A DNA stretch of 64,000 nucleotides, from positions 32,001 to 96,000 of IMG/VR virus record IMGVR_UViG_3300046779_000879; one strand, written 5' to 3'. How positions within the stretch are numbered: the first letter of the stretch is position 1; every line of letters begins with the position of its first letter. This stretch comes from a virus. Below are positions 16,022-25,895 of the stretch, in pieces. The notes beneath the pieces were generated by a model that did no database searches, was not told where the DNA came from, and saw only the letters and a program-made list of their open reading frames with translations. The position numbers and the translations under genes were made by a program.

Positions 16022-16563
16022 TAGAGAGTCTCCCCACCCACTGTACGATTACATGCGCACAACTCACCAGTCTGCAATGCATCTAGTACACGAAGTGTTT
16101 CTTCTGGTGAACGACCTACATTCAAGTTATTCACAGTCACGTGTTGAATCACATTTTCTGGATCAACGATGAAAGTGGCACGTAGTGCTGCACCTGCAGG
16201 TTGATAGAACACACCGAGTTGATCAATCAATGACTTATCCCACTCACGTGATGTGTCAGCAAACTGAATGTGCTTCACTTTTTGTAAGTCAGCGTGTGCT
16301 TTCTGCCATGCTACCTTACAGAACTCATTGTCTGTGCTACCAGTCAATAGAACTGCATCACGATCTTCGAAGTCTTGGAACAACTTATCATACGCTACGA
16401 TCTCTGTAGGACATACGAATGTAAAGTCTTTTGGATAGTAAACGATAACCTTCCACTTACCTTCAAATGATTTCTCTGTAATATCAAAGAATGCGTCTTC
16501 TGGTTGTCCAGGTTTTACACCAGTAACAACAAACTTCTCAATTTTATCTCCAACTGTCAACAT
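16021..16563 (-). CDS. ahpC: peroxiredoxin AhpC
   Basis: YPKDFTFVCPTE, GRSPEETLRVLDALQ, LCAC. Confidence 0.95.
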   Translation of the reverse strand: MLTVGDKIEKFVVTGVKPGQPEDAFFDITEKSFEGKWKVIVYYPKDFTFVCPTEIVAYDKLFQDFEDRDAVLLTGSTDNEFCKVAWQKAHADLQKVKHIQFADTSREWDKSLIDQLGVFYQPAGAALRATFIVDPENVIQHVTVNNLNVGRSPEETLRVLDALQTGELCACNRTVGGETL

Positions 16564-16590
16564 ACTCTTTTACTCCATTAGTTTAGTTAA

Positions 16591-17310
16591 TTAAATTTGT
16601 TTTTCATGTAAATATAGATTTTGATTACCATCTATATTTTTAGAAAAGTAAATACCACCAGTTTCTACATTGTCTACATATCTATAATGATTTAGTGGTA
16701 AATTTAAATCCTTACAGTAATTTGGGTCTATGTCGAATATAACAGAAATTCTATCATCATCTCCGATATTTTCTGCCCAATGTAATTGTTTATTATCAAA
16801 CCAAAATAATGTTCCAGGTGTTATTGTTACCTCTTCATCTGCAACATAATATTTGTACGTACCTTGAATAGAAAAATGAAATCTATTTTTCTGATATTTT
16901 CTACCAAAGTCATAGTGTTTTTGTACTTTATCTCCAGGATACAACTTAGTTATTATAATTCTTACCAATTCTGTTTTCAAGCATGGGAATTTAGAAGAAA
17001 GACATTCTAATAACAATGGATAATCTTGAAACAATTCTGTTTTTCTAAACTCTACTAGTGGACTATCATAAATTTGACCAAGTCTATCCCATTCATCATA
17101 AGAATGTTCTTCTTCAGGCTTTCCAATTTTGTATGGTCCAGATACTAAAAAAATATCTTTTTCAAAAGCAGCCCTGCGTAGTTCACAATGAATTTTACCA
17201 GACTTAAATAAGTCGTGGGTTCGTTTCCAGTTAATTGAATTTGTAACAACTACTTCTTCACATATAGAAGAAACGTCCAAATTTTGTTCAATTATTTTTA
17301 TGTGCTTCAT
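16591..17310 (-). CDS. aspartyl/asparaginyl beta-hydroxylase-like 2OG oxygenase
   Basis: HYD, RFH, WFDNKQLH, RISVIFD. Confidence 0.8.
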   Translation of the reverse strand: MKHIKIIEQNLDVSSICEEVVVTNSINWKRTHDLFKSGKIHCELRRAAFEKDIFLVSGPYKIGKPEEEHSYDEWDRLGQIYDSPLVEFRKTELFQDYPLLLECLSSKFPCLKTELVRIIITKLYPGDKVQKHYDFGRKYQKNRFHFSIQGTYKYYVADEEVTITPGTLFWFDNKQLHWAENIGDDDRISVIFDIDPNYCKDLNLPLNHYRYVDNVETGGIYFSKNIDGNQNLYLHEKQI

Positions 17311-17797
17311 TTATTTTGATAACTTCAATATTACATTTATTTAAAAAGTTTATACCAGCATCATCTCTATAAAAATTTCTGTAATAAACATTAGTTATTC
17401 CTGCACCATAGATTAACTTAGCACAGTGAACACAAGGAGCATGAGTACAAAATAAACTGGAACCATTGCCTGATTCACCATCACGAGCCAATTTGAGAAT
17501 AGCATTTGCTTCAGCGTGGATGACCTCATCTTTAGTTTTTAAACGATACCAACCATTGTCAGTACCAGTGAATCCCAATCGTTTCATTTCATCTGGAGAT
17601 GGAATTTGTTCGTCACTACCAACATATTCAGTATGCTCACAATTATTATCCCAACCAGATGGCATACCATTATATCCAATTGAGATGATACGATTGTCTT
17701 TCACGACAACCGCACCAACCTGCAATCGTTTCGCACTGGACAACTCTGCGAATCTCTCCGCAGTGTCCATAAATGCATCAATCCACTTCTGTTTCAA
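17288..17797 (-). CDS. cd: dCMP deaminase
   Basis: GYNG, HAEANA, PCVHC. Confidence 0.95.
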   Translation of the reverse strand: MKQKWIDAFMDTAERFAELSSAKRLQVGAVVVKDNRIISIGYNGMPSGWDNNCEHTEYVGSDEQIPSPDEMKRLGFTGTDNGWYRLKTKDEVIHAEANAILKLARDGESGNGSSLFCTHAPCVHCAKLIYGAGITNVYYRNFYRDDAGINFLNKCNIEVIKINEAHKNN

Positions 17798-18461
17798 TAT
17801 ATTCCTTAGTTAAACCTCGCCACTGGACAACTTTAATGTCATCATCCTCCCAACGACCCCACTTACCGTTTTTATATTCACAGTATTGTGGAAAATTCCA
17901 TGCTTCTGTTGTCACTTCATAACGACCATCGACTGCAGGAGTAACACTGATTGGATACCATTCAGTTCGTTCTAACTCTGAAAGAGAATCTTCTAACTGT
18001 TCTTCTTCATGTCGCTCTAATTCATCCCAAACATTGGCAAAGTCAGCAATGTCCTCTGGTAGATTTTCTACCTCTTCACGATTTGTATAATCGAACTCGT
18101 AGTAATCATCATATCCATCTTCGAAACGACCAGCAAATCCCATTCCAGGTTCATGATACAATGCACGAACACTCCAACCATTCTCGTTTAAGAAATCATA
18201 AAGAGCAATTGGTGGTGACCACGCTGTGTCAAAATGCATGACAATCGTATTGTCATCCTCTCGTTCCCAATCATGCATTGAAACATCCCACTTTGTACCC
18301 CAATTTTCGCACGACCAACCATAGTCCCACTCACCATCGGGGTTTGGTCGCAGGTAGTTAAATGGTTGTGCATCTTCTTTTAGAAGTTCTTGCTCTAGCC
18401 CATCGATTTTAGTTTTGTCTTCGTTAGACAGGGTTGCTGTATTGTAACACCAGTTTGGCAT
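17778..18461 (-). CDS. DUF1281-like protein
   Basis: MPNWC, NWGTKWD, FDTAWSPP, EPGMGF. Confidence 0.75.
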   Translation of the reverse strand: MPNWCYNTATLSNEDKTKIDGLEQELLKEDAQPFNYLRPNPDGEWDYGWSCENWGTKWDVSMHDWEREDDNTIVMHFDTAWSPPIALYDFLNENGWSVRALYHEPGMGFAGRFEDGYDDYYEFDYTNREEVENLPEDIADFANVWDELERHEEEQLEDSLSELERTEWYPISVTPAVDGRYEVTTEAWNFPQYCEYKNGKWGRWEDDDIKVVQWRGLTKEYIETEVD

Positions 18462-18487
18462 ATTTCACTCCGTTCATAATAAGGTTA

Positions 18488-18516
18488 ATTATACTACACT
18501 TGCTCTTTGGAAACAA
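18488..18516 (-). promoter_or_regulatory. sigma70-type promoter
   Basis: TTGTTT-N17-TATAAT. Confidence 0.65.
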
Positions 18517-18931
18517 CTTTTTCTTTCTTTACTGGTGCAGGAATGATACCTGCATCTGATACTAATTTGTGTGTAATCTTTGGATACAACTTTGTAAGTT
18601 TCTGGTCTTTGACTGCAATAAGAACTTTGGCTTCATCAGGATGGACACCTTCCAACAAAGAGATGAATAAAGATTCTCTCTTGAGAGGTGTCAAATCTTT
18701 GCGAGTAAACACATACATTCTTCGTGCTTCATTGAACAAATTTGTTGGTGTCATTCCCATTGGTTCAGCAGCAGGTTTGAATGGTGGCTCACCATCTGGT
18801 AAAATAAACTTGTAGTCTGGTAGGAATGAGTGTGCAAAAATCACTTTAAGTAAAAAGTCTTGTTTGTAATTTTCGATTGCTTTTGGATTCTCATTAATAT
18901 CCGTAAGCATTTGCGTTAAGTATTTTCTCAT
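18494..18931 (-). CDS. conserved T4-like hypothetical protein downstream of rnh
   Basis: LPDGEPPF...KRESLFISLLEGVHPDEA. Confidence 0.75.
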   Translation of the reverse strand: MRKYLTQMLTDINENPKAIENYKQDFLLKVIFAHSFLPDYKFILPDGEPPFKPAAEPMGMTPTNLFNEARRMYVFTRKDLTPLKRESLFISLLEGVHPDEAKVLIAVKDQKLTKLYPKITHKLVSDAGIIPAPVKKEKVVSKEQV

Positions 18932-19824
18932 TAAAAGTCTTCCAATTCTTCTAGTAGTAGTCGGCAACGATGTTCCATAAGGTAATTCATAACAGTCATC
19001 TTATCTCCATTCGGTTTATTACTTAGGTATGTATCAACGATACAAGTTTGAACATCCTTTGGAATGAATTCAAAATCAACCAATGTGGCATTGCGATGCC
19101 AGTTGCGACGTTCATCATCATTCTTACACGCATCGAATCCTTTGTCAATAAACTCAGCGAGACGTTTAGCTGACATAGGTTTCTGTCTTTCTCCAACCAT
19201 AAACACATCGTCTTTGCTTAAGATATTTGGAACACCATCACCAGTGTCACCTTTAACAATGTGTTCAATCATAAAGTCACGAATCTCTTGTTTTGTTGCA
19301 GTGATATATTTTTTCTGCATCGGAGACCACTGCTTTACAGTAGGATACAATTGTAACTGTTTGAAGTCTTTGTCAGAAGAAAGAATCAAAACTTTCTGAG
19401 GATCCTCTACCAATCCTTCTTGAACCAACTGATTGTCTTGCAACCACTTAGACATCACTGCAATAATATCATCTGCTTCTGCACGATCCACGTGAATAAC
19501 TCTCCATGGAAAATACTTGGCAATGTCTTCACGCATTTCTGATAGAGTGTCAAAGATAAGTTTCCAATCTAAATCTGATTTATCTCGATTAGTCTTACGC
19601 ATACCTTTATAGAACTCAAAGAATTCTTTACGCCAATACTTACGACCATCACAACAAATGACCAACTCGCCATACTCTTTGCCATACTTTTTCTTGTATG
19701 ACTTGATTGTGGATAATGTTACGTGACGAATCAAATTCTTAACTTCTGATTCAGTACCCTTCAATTCTCGCTGAAAAGTTAAGATTGCTGCAAGAGCAAC
19801 TTGAGAGTAATCAACTAGAATCAT
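18931..19824 (-). CDS. rnh: T4-type RNase H (5'-3' exonuclease)
   Basis: ILVD, WRK..YK..R, EADDII, SSDKDFKQL, GDTGDGVPN. Confidence 0.95.
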   Translation of the reverse strand: MILVDYSQVALAAILTFQRELKGTESEVKNLIRHVTLSTIKSYKKKYGKEYGELVICCDGRKYWRKEFFEFYKGMRKTNRDKSDLDWKLIFDTLSEMREDIAKYFPWRVIHVDRAEADDIIAVMSKWLQDNQLVQEGLVEDPQKVLILSSDKDFKQLQLYPTVKQWSPMQKKYITATKQEIRDFMIEHIVKGDTGDGVPNILSKDDVFMVGERQKPMSAKRLAEFIDKGFDACKNDDERRNWHRNATLVDFEFIPKDVQTCIVDTYLSNKPNGDKMTVMNYLMEHRCRLLLEELEDF

Positions 19825-20033
19825 TTCATATCCATTTCTTTAACAAAATTCTTAAATAAACCAACAAACGTAGTCATTTCCTGCTCAACATTAACAGGTT
19901 TCTTTTCAACACAATAAGTTTCTCTTTGAACACGCTGAACAACAGCTTGACATTCTGCCAGTGTTTTAAACGTATTTGGTGCTTCAACGACACCATTCGC
20001 TGTAATAATCATTAAAACAAACATGGTGTTCAT
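19821..20033 (-). CDS. small hypothetical protein
   Basis: hydrophobic N-terminus, two Cys. Confidence 0.6.
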   Translation of the reverse strand: MNTMFVLMIITANGVVEAPNTFKTLAECQAVVQRVQRETYCVEKKPVNVEQEMTTFVGLFKNFVKEMDMK

Positions 20034-21142
20034 CAAAACGCTCCAAGCAAAATACATTCTTCATTAATACGTCCATTCGGTGCGGATGGTTTCGTAGTTA
20101 GTTTCTTCAGTGCACCATTCAATGCACGTTTACCCAGTGCCAATCCTTTAAAGAATTCCTCTGGTTTGCGCAGTGTCATCTGTTGAGATTCTTTAATATC
20201 AAAACCGATGATTGTAGTGCCTTTGACTGACAGTGGGTTACCACCTTCACCCCTGTAAACACCGATGCGACGATATTTGGTATTGTAATACCATACTTCA
20301 GTAGAACCAATAATCGACTCTGGTTTGATAGACTTCAATCCGAGATCTGCAAACTCTCGCATGAACTTCATCTTAGATACCAGTTTAGTAGGTGACTGTG
20401 GTTTACGTTTACGTGGTTTACGATCTGCTTTGGCAGTCTGAATCATTTGCTGGCAGTCGTCAATAATCTCACCAACAAACTTGTGGAGTGCTTTTAACTC
20501 TTTCTTAGAGAAGTTTGAATATCCCTCAATAAGTTGGTCATCTTCACCATTAATTGCATCTGCTAGTTCGTTATAGCAATTAACAAAACTATCACCGATA
20601 CGTTTAGCAATTGGTGCGGATACTGCTTGAGCAAGCAAGTAGTTCTTGGCAGAAAAAGTAGTTTTACCCTTACTAAGAACAAAGTCATCGATAGCACCTT
20701 CGATCTCGCCAGCAAGTTCTCTTGCTTTTTCATCCATGCGTTCTTGAATGCTGATTACATTGGTTGGTGCAACAACTTCTTTCTTAACTTCTTTGACGAT
20801 GTTATGTTTGGCAACGAGAACAGCAACACGTGACTCAAGAAGAGCCATGTGTTCATCTGATAGAGTATTGCCATTGGAAAGCAAACGACACATAATGCCA
20901 ATCTGGCGAACATCAAAGTCACTTGCTTTGTTTAGTGCAAGAACTTCATTCTTTCGATTCAGTTTGGCAAAGTACTCGAGTGCATATTTGCGACGTTTCT
21001 TTTCGTCTGTTTGATCAGTGTACCAGACCAAAGCAGTGCTGATATCTACGTTGTAGTGTTCAGCACGAATAGTTGGCTCGTCTTTAATCTTGTTTAATTC
21101 AGCGTGGGCTTTGGCACGTTTCTTTGCAGCATTAACATTCAT
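20033..21142 (-). CDS. conserved hypothetical early protein
   Basis: 369-aa ORF with GGAGG RBS after a sigma70 promoter. Confidence 0.8.
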   Translation of the reverse strand: MNVNAAKKRAKAHAELNKIKDEPTIRAEHYNVDISTALVWYTDQTDEKKRRKYALEYFAKLNRKNEVLALNKASDFDVRQIGIMCRLLSNGNTLSDEHMALLESRVAVLVAKHNIVKEVKKEVVAPTNVISIQERMDEKARELAGEIEGAIDDFVLSKGKTTFSAKNYLLAQAVSAPIAKRIGDSFVNCYNELADAINGEDDQLIEGYSNFSKKELKALHKFVGEIIDDCQQMIQTAKADRKPRKRKPQSPTKLVSKMKFMREFADLGLKSIKPESIIGSTEVWYYNTKYRRIGVYRGEGGNPLSVKGTTIIGFDIKESQQMTLRKPEEFFKGLALGKRALNGALKKLTTKPSAPNGRINEECILLGAF

Positions 21143-21171
21143 AGGTTTGTAACCTCCATAATATAATATCT

Positions 21172-21200
21172 ATTATACCGCAAATACGAATTAAAGACAA
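21172..21200 (-). promoter_or_regulatory. sigma70-type promoter
   Basis: TTGTCT-N17-TATAAT. Confidence 0.8.
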
Positions 21201-21203
21201 CAC

Positions 21204-21458
21204 TTATTTTGCAGTAATTTTCTCGTATAGTTCCACGAAGTCCTCGTGGTCTGCAACCTCTTGAGCCAGATTCTGCTTATGATATGTCTTTGCAATCTTA
21301 GAAATAACTTTCTTTGGGATTTGCAATGTATCGGATTGTTCCTTAACGATTTCTCGAATAAGATCTCGCTCTGCTTCAGTACGAACCATTGAATTGCTAA
21401 TCTCTTGAATAGCACCTTGTAAATCTTTTTTCTGTTCTGGTGTTAATGCGTAATTCAT
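21204..21458 (-). CDS. T4 DsbA-like dsDNA-binding protein
   Basis: EISNSM.R.EAERD.I..I...K..KIAK.YHKQ pattern, near rnh. Confidence 0.7.
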   Translation of the reverse strand: MNYALTPEQKKDLQGAIQEISNSMVRTEAERDLIREIVKEQSDTLQIPKKVISKIAKTYHKQNLAQEVADHEDFVELYEKITAK

Positions 21459-21658
21459 TTTTTACCTCTAAATGATAAAGTTGTTCCAAAAAATATCTGC
21501 ATCAATACCATCGCAGACCAAGTTTCAAGTGTATATGCAATAGTAAACCCAAATAAAGTATTAATTGCCCATATAAAAAGAAATGGGAATATAACTGCAA
21601 TGGCGATAATAATTGCAACACCGATAACTACCCCAAATGTTGTTAAGATTTTATTCAT
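21455..21658 (-). CDS. two-TM membrane protein
   Basis: hydrophobic 67-aa ORF. Confidence 0.65.
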   Translation of the reverse strand: MNKILTTFGVVIGVAIIIAIAVIFPFLFIWAINTLFGFTIAYTLETWSAMVLMQIFFGTTLSFRGKK

Positions 21659-21954
21659 AGTTCAAATCCTATTTTCGTCACTGATTCCCAACGAAAGGAT
21701 CTCCACTCTTGCTTTTCTGTGTCAAAGACTCGTACTGCGGATCCAGAATCCTTGCTAGTGGTTTCTGTCTTCGGTTGTTTGTCTGTGGGAATTCTGGATT
21801 CGACAAGGGTGCAGAACATGTCTCTGCTTGAACCATCTTTTTTGATAAAAGTAATGCACAAGTCTTTGATGTTTTCATCGTGGAGTACTCCGAGAGTCCA
21901 GGTTTTAAATTCTTCAAATTCTTTTTCATTCTTGAATACTGTTTGGAATGCCAT
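21655..21954 (-). CDS. WYL-like SH3/Sm-fold protein
   Basis: FIKKDGSSR.M.CTL...VFDTEKQEWRSFR. Confidence 0.75.
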   Translation of the reverse strand: MAFQTVFKNEKEFEEFKTWTLGVLHDENIKDLCITFIKKDGSSRDMFCTLVESRIPTDKQPKTETTSKDSGSAVRVFDTEKQEWRSFRWESVTKIGFEL

Positions 21955-22189
21955 TATCTAATCTTTCTGTCATGTCTTTAAAAATTGGACCAAAAAACTC
22001 TCTAAACTCTTTTGGAGAAAAGAAAGATGTGTGCCCATTGTCAATTATAACTTTACCATTTTCATCTGTTAATTTATTTTTGATTGTGAATTCAATCGTT
22101 GCATAAGATGTGCCTTCGTTTCGTTCTTTAATCACAACAGTCTTTAATAGACCCCCACGATAGATCTCTGCTTCATAGTTAAGACTCAT
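21926..22189 (-). CDS. hypothetical protein
   Basis: 87-aa ORF in an operon. Confidence 0.65.
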   Translation of the reverse strand: MSLNYEAEIYRGGLLKTVVIKERNEGTSYATIEFTIKNKLTDENGKVIIDNGHTSFFSPKEFREFFGPIFKDMTERLDNGIPNSIQE

Positions 22190-22322
22190 AATCTTCTTTC
22201 CTGTGTTTAGGTTTACGAATGTATTGAACCTTACTCTCTACCACACGCATGCGATATTTCGGAGTACGTAAATCCTTTGCAACAGGATCTCTAGGTTTCA
22301 AAGTCTTATTATACGCTTTCAT
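22179..22322 (-). CDS. ArfA-like small basic protein (below ORF-track cutoff)
   Basis: RDPVAKDLRTPKYRMRVVESKVQYIRKPKH. Confidence 0.55.
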   Translation of the reverse strand: MKAYNKTLKPRDPVAKDLRTPKYRMRVVESKVQYIRKPKHRKEDYES

Positions 22323-22325
22323 TTT

Positions 22326-22553
22326 TTACAAGGCAAATTTCTTTAGGTATTCTTTTGCTTCTTTATATTCTGTTTGTTCTATTGCTTCTTCTGCATGTGC
22401 AAGAATAATCATTTCTTGCAAATAGTCTGCAAGTTTCTGATCTTCCTCATCCAATAAATTGTACCACTCAAAAAACTCTTCTTCTGTTTCAAGAGTCCAC
22501 ATATGGTCAAGCATTTCTACTTCATAAGATGATAGATTATTAATCTGAATCAT
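22326..22553 (-). CDS. hypothetical acidic protein
   Basis: 75-aa ORF. Confidence 0.65.
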   Translation of the reverse strand: MIQINNLSSYEVEMLDHMWTLETEEEFFEWYNLLDEEDQKLADYLQEMIILAHAEEAIEQTEYKEAKEYLKKFAL

Positions 22554-22849
22554 GCAACTTCCTTAATGTTAGACCATTTTGCAAGTTTAGCCATTTTGGC
22601 ATTCTTTGCACGATAGACAGTCATCTCATCCACCATGTCACTTGCGATTAACAATTCAATCATACAAAGCAAGTCACCTAGTTCTTCTTCCAGATGCTCT
22701 CTGTTTGTTACACCATTGTATTCGTCATCCATACCAAATCTGAATACCTTACTTATCGCTTGTGTGACTTCAGCACACTCTTCCTGAGTGATCAAAAGAA
22801 TTTCTTGATCTGACTCATTTTTAATTTTATTATTCACAAATTTATTCAT
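22550..22849 (-). CDS. MazG-like NTP pyrophosphohydrolase
   Basis: EECAE...LEEELGDL. Confidence 0.8.
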   Translation of the reverse strand: MNKFVNNKIKNESDQEILLITQEECAEVTQAISKVFRFGMDDEYNGVTNREHLEEELGDLLCMIELLIASDMVDEMTVYRAKNAKMAKLAKWSNIKEVA

Positions 22850-23058
22850 TTAGCTCTTTCAATTGTTACACGATAACTCTTACCATTCCTGTCAATTACT
22901 GTCATAGTTTTCTTTGTAGACAGGAACTCACCATTTGGACCAAGATCCCATTGGACTTTTCCAACTGAATCAACGAATGATCCATATACATGAGCATCTT
23001 TCTTCAAAGAGTCATGTATCACTTTCGCCATATAATCACAATATTCTAACATAATCAA
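22846..23058 (-). CDS. hypothetical protein
   Basis: 70-aa ORF. Confidence 0.6.
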   Translation of the reverse strand: MIMLEYCDYMAKVIHDSLKKDAHVYGSFVDSVGKVQWDLGPNGEFLSTKKTMTVIDRNGKSYRVTIERAK

Positions 23059-23176
23059 TCTCCTTCAAATTAGTGCTGGTTTTTCTTTATAGTCTGTAAC
23101 CAGCAAAAATAGACTGCTGCTGTTTTGGCTGTTTAAAGTCTGCCACGGATATCCCTCCAGTAAGACTTGTGGGGTT

Positions 23177-23419
23177 TTAATCCCAACTCTTTTTATCACC
23201 GAACTGCTCGTTGTACTCATAGCCCATGAAGTACGCACGCATTTCTGCAATGCTCATGTCTTTAGATTCAACTCGGTCACCATTGTAACTTCCCTTAGGA
23301 TACCAGTGTGGATCTTGTGGACGACTGTAGTAACTATCAGCTGAACCACGATCAAAGGGACTGCCATGTGTGCGATCAAAAGTCTGACCACGATATTCAA
23401 TTACATTATCAATAACCAT
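23177..23419 (-). CDS. hypothetical protein
   Basis: HGSPFDRGSADSYY motif. Confidence 0.65.
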   Translation of the reverse strand: MVIDNVIEYRGQTFDRTHGSPFDRGSADSYYSRPQDPHWYPKGSYNGDRVESKDMSIAEMRAYFMGYEYNEQFGDKKSWD

Positions 23420-23420
23420 T

Positions 23421-23639
23421 TCACTTTTCTCCATAATATTGTGCATCGTCATTTGCCATCTCATCGGCATACGACATCATTTCATACTGCCTTTCTAATT
23501 CCAAATTCTCAAGCTGTTCGATGACATCATAAACCATTTCAACTGGACACTTCAATGTCGCTACAATATACTTTGGCGACATGCCACCTTTTAACAACTC
23601 TTCGATTTCCATCGATAACTCTGCCATTCTGCTCATCAT
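23421..23639 (-). CDS. hypothetical protein
   Basis: 72-aa ORF. Confidence 0.6.
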   Translation of the reverse strand: MMSRMAELSMEIEELLKGGMSPKYIVATLKCPVEMVYDVIEQLENLELERQYEMMSYADEMANDDAQYYGEK

Positions 23640-23792
23640 TTCATTGCCTTTGTGCCAGAAAACATTAATAACAAACCAACGATTGTAAATAAAATCTGTG
23701 CATAAAAGTAGTCAGATGGACCATGATCCATGCCACCTACTGCACCAAACACCATCAAGAATCCAACTACCAAACGAATAGAACCTTGCATA

Positions 23793-24020
23793 TCAAATCC
23801 TCACAATCAAACCATAAACATAAACAGCCAATAAACCAACATTGACCACCACTAAACTCACACGATTAATTCTGACAGCCCACACTAACCACAACACAGA
23901 ACCGATGTTGAACATATAGATGTTCAATGGATCGATAGAGAGTGCAGTGGCGAGTGCAGCACCAACAGTAACTATCGTGGCTGACCACTCTAAAATTGCA
24001 TTCACTTTTTCATTTTTCAT
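23793..24020 (-). CDS. small membrane protein, probably leaderless
   Basis: three hydrophobic segments; ATG 6 nt after TATAAT. Confidence 0.6.
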   Translation of the reverse strand: MKNEKVNAILEWSATIVTVGAALATALSIDPLNIYMFNIGSVLWLVWAVRINRVSLVVVNVGLLAVYVYGLIVRI

Positions 24021-24026
24021 ACAACT

Positions 24027-24055
24027 ATTATACCGCATTCTGCAATTAAAGACAA
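24027..24055 (-). promoter_or_regulatory. sigma70-type early promoter
   Basis: TTGTCT-N17-TATAAT. Confidence 0.8.
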
Positions 24056-24070
24056 GCACTTTTTGGATGT

Positions 24071-24097
24071 AAAAAACCCCTGTGGATACAGGGGTTT
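24071..24097 (-). terminator. intrinsic terminator
   Basis: AAACCCCTGT-ATCC-ACAGGGGTTTTTT. Confidence 0.8.
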
Positions 24098-24213
24098 AGG
24101 AGGGTAATAACCCTACAGGTCGTGGGGTTATTCCTTTATTTTGCTACCTGCTAGTCGATACGGAAGATACCAGATTTGTAGAAAATACCAAACCCAGAGA
24201 TCTACTGGGTGTA

Positions 24214-24639
24214 TCATGCTTTTAATTCGCCACGTTCGATTAAAATCTTTTTATTGGCTTGATGTTCTGCTTGAGTCAATTCTTTGTTCTCACCTTTGTA
24301 TGGAACTGCATAATTATTCTGAATTAACCAGTCATTGACACGAGTGCCATCTTCAAGAATAAAGACACCAAGAATTCTACCAAACTTATCATCGTTACTG
24401 TCAGGTTTTTGTGTTTCAATAATTTGCCAAGAACCCACAGGTAGTTTCTCTGCTAATTTCTTCTTAGAGAGTTGCCCACGAACTTTTTCTTCTGCAATAG
24501 TAGTTCTTGATTCTGGAGTATCAACTCCAGCCATACGAACTCTTTGATTAGCAAGGATAATTTTGAAACCTAAGTCTAAATCGATGTCAACTGTATCACC
24601 ATCAAGAACTTTAATAATCTTACATTTATATTGATACAT
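24214..24639 (-). CDS. thermonuclease (SNase) family nuclease
   Basis: VLDGDT, RMAGVDTPE, DKFGRIL. Confidence 0.9.
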   Translation of the reverse strand: MYQYKCKIIKVLDGDTVDIDLDLGFKIILANQRVRMAGVDTPESRTTIAEEKVRGQLSKKKLAEKLPVGSWQIIETQKPDSNDDKFGRILGVFILEDGTRVNDWLIQNNYAVPYKGENKELTQAEHQANKKILIERGELKA

Positions 24640-24647
24640 AATATTCC

Positions 24648-25130
24648 TTAGTCGTTACGACTATTTCTGTGAGTTGGATCTCCAGCTTCATACACTGGCA
24701 TTGTAGTTGCTTCTGCCAATGGAGACGAGTTGAAGTCAAATCCAAATCCATTTTGTGATGGAGCCATTGGACGTGGTGGCATCATACCCATTGGTTTTGG
24801 AGCAGGTGCAGTAGGTGTAGTTGCAACTGATGTTGGTGGTTTATCCCAACCTTTGTTTGCAGCTTGTAATGCTAATTTCTGTGCATCTTTATCCCCACCA
24901 GCCAACATGATACCTGATAAAGTACCAGTCAAGAATGTAGCGATAGGAATAATCAACTCAAAGAATTTCTGGTCGATAGGACTAATAGCGTTCAATGGTT
25001 GTGTCACAAAAATAATAGAATATAAAACAACGAAAACAATTCCAACAAGGGTAAATGATAAACAGATACCGATGAAGAATTTAAGACGAGCCATTAACTG
25101 CTCTTCTGTGTACATAAAATTATCATTCAT
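24648..25130 (-). CDS. two-TM membrane protein with Pro-rich tail
   Basis: two hydrophobic helices. Confidence 0.7.
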   Translation of the reverse strand: MNDNFMYTEEQLMARLKFFIGICLSFTLVGIVFVVLYSIIFVTQPLNAISPIDQKFFELIIPIATFLTGTLSGIMLAGGDKDAQKLALQAANKGWDKPPTSVATTPTAPAPKPMGMMPPRPMAPSQNGFGFDFNSSPLAEATTMPVYEAGDPTHRNSRND

Positions 25131-25399
25131 TTGCATGCTCCTGTAGTTGATACTGGTGTAGTTGGTTTAGAAGTAACTTCACCATCTTTTGGAGGTCCAA
25201 GTCTTGGATCTCGCTGCCCTTTAAAAATATGTTCAGGACAAGTTCTTGTCACGTCACATTGTGGTAATTTACAAATTTCTTTATCCCAGTTTTCTGGGTT
25301 TTGACATGGATAGCGAAAAGACTCTGTGCTAACCATAGAAAATCCAATAGGAATTATTAATAAGATTCCTAATAATTTAAATAATTTTTTATCATTCAT
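25127..25399 (-). CDS. small exported Cys-containing protein
   Basis: signal/TM segment then RYPCQNPENW...C...C...C. Confidence 0.7.
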   Translation of the reverse strand: MNDKKLFKLLGILLIIPIGFSMVSTESFRYPCQNPENWDKEICKLPQCDVTRTCPEHIFKGQRDPRLGPPKDGEVTSKPTTPVSTTGACK

Positions 25400-25415
25400 G
25401 GCAAATTCCTTATAG

Positions 25416-25895
25416 TTATTTTCCTGCCAATGGATTATCTAATGCCTTTTGTATCTTACTATCTATCTCTTTACGTAATTGACGAACATCCTGTTCAGTC
25501 TCACGAGAAAGTTGTTTTCCATCTCGTTCGACCTGCTCGACTACTTTTTCCATTCTACGTAAGTCATCTTTTAAGTCATTCTTGATGTCACGTGTGTAGT
25601 CCGCAGTCTTTTGACTGTTTTCTTCAACCACTGCAAGACGTTTGTCAAACACGCTAAGGTCTGGTGCAACATATTCTGCAATACGTTTCTTCATGCTTTG
25701 ATAGTCCTTGTAAACTTCAAATGCTCCATATAAACCACCAAGAACTGATGATACGATTGTAAATGCTACCATAAGTTTAGCTGGGGTGAATTCGTATCCA
25801 CCAATACTAATAACAGTATCTTTACTAGCATACTTTTTTACTGCTGCTTCTGCTTCGTCAATCTTTTTATTGACATCTTTAATTTCTGTTGTCAT
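25416..25895 (-). CDS. membrane-anchored coiled-coil protein
   Basis: one TM helix, heptads, ends ALDNPL. Confidence 0.75.
   Translation of the reverse strand: MTTEIKDVNKKIDEAEAAVKKYASKDTVISIGGYEFTPAKLMVAFTIVSSVLGGLYGAFEVYKDYQSMKKRIAEYVAPDLSVFDKRLAVVEENSQKTADYTRDIKNDLKDDLRRMEKVVEQVERDGKQLSRETEQDVRQLRKEIDSKIQKALDNPLAGK

Noticed and set aside
15515-16563. Host chromosomal contamination or a prophage boundary at ahpCD or plcP
   Set aside because: Same strand, tight junctions with phage genes and phage-type promoters; no integrase or att site seen.
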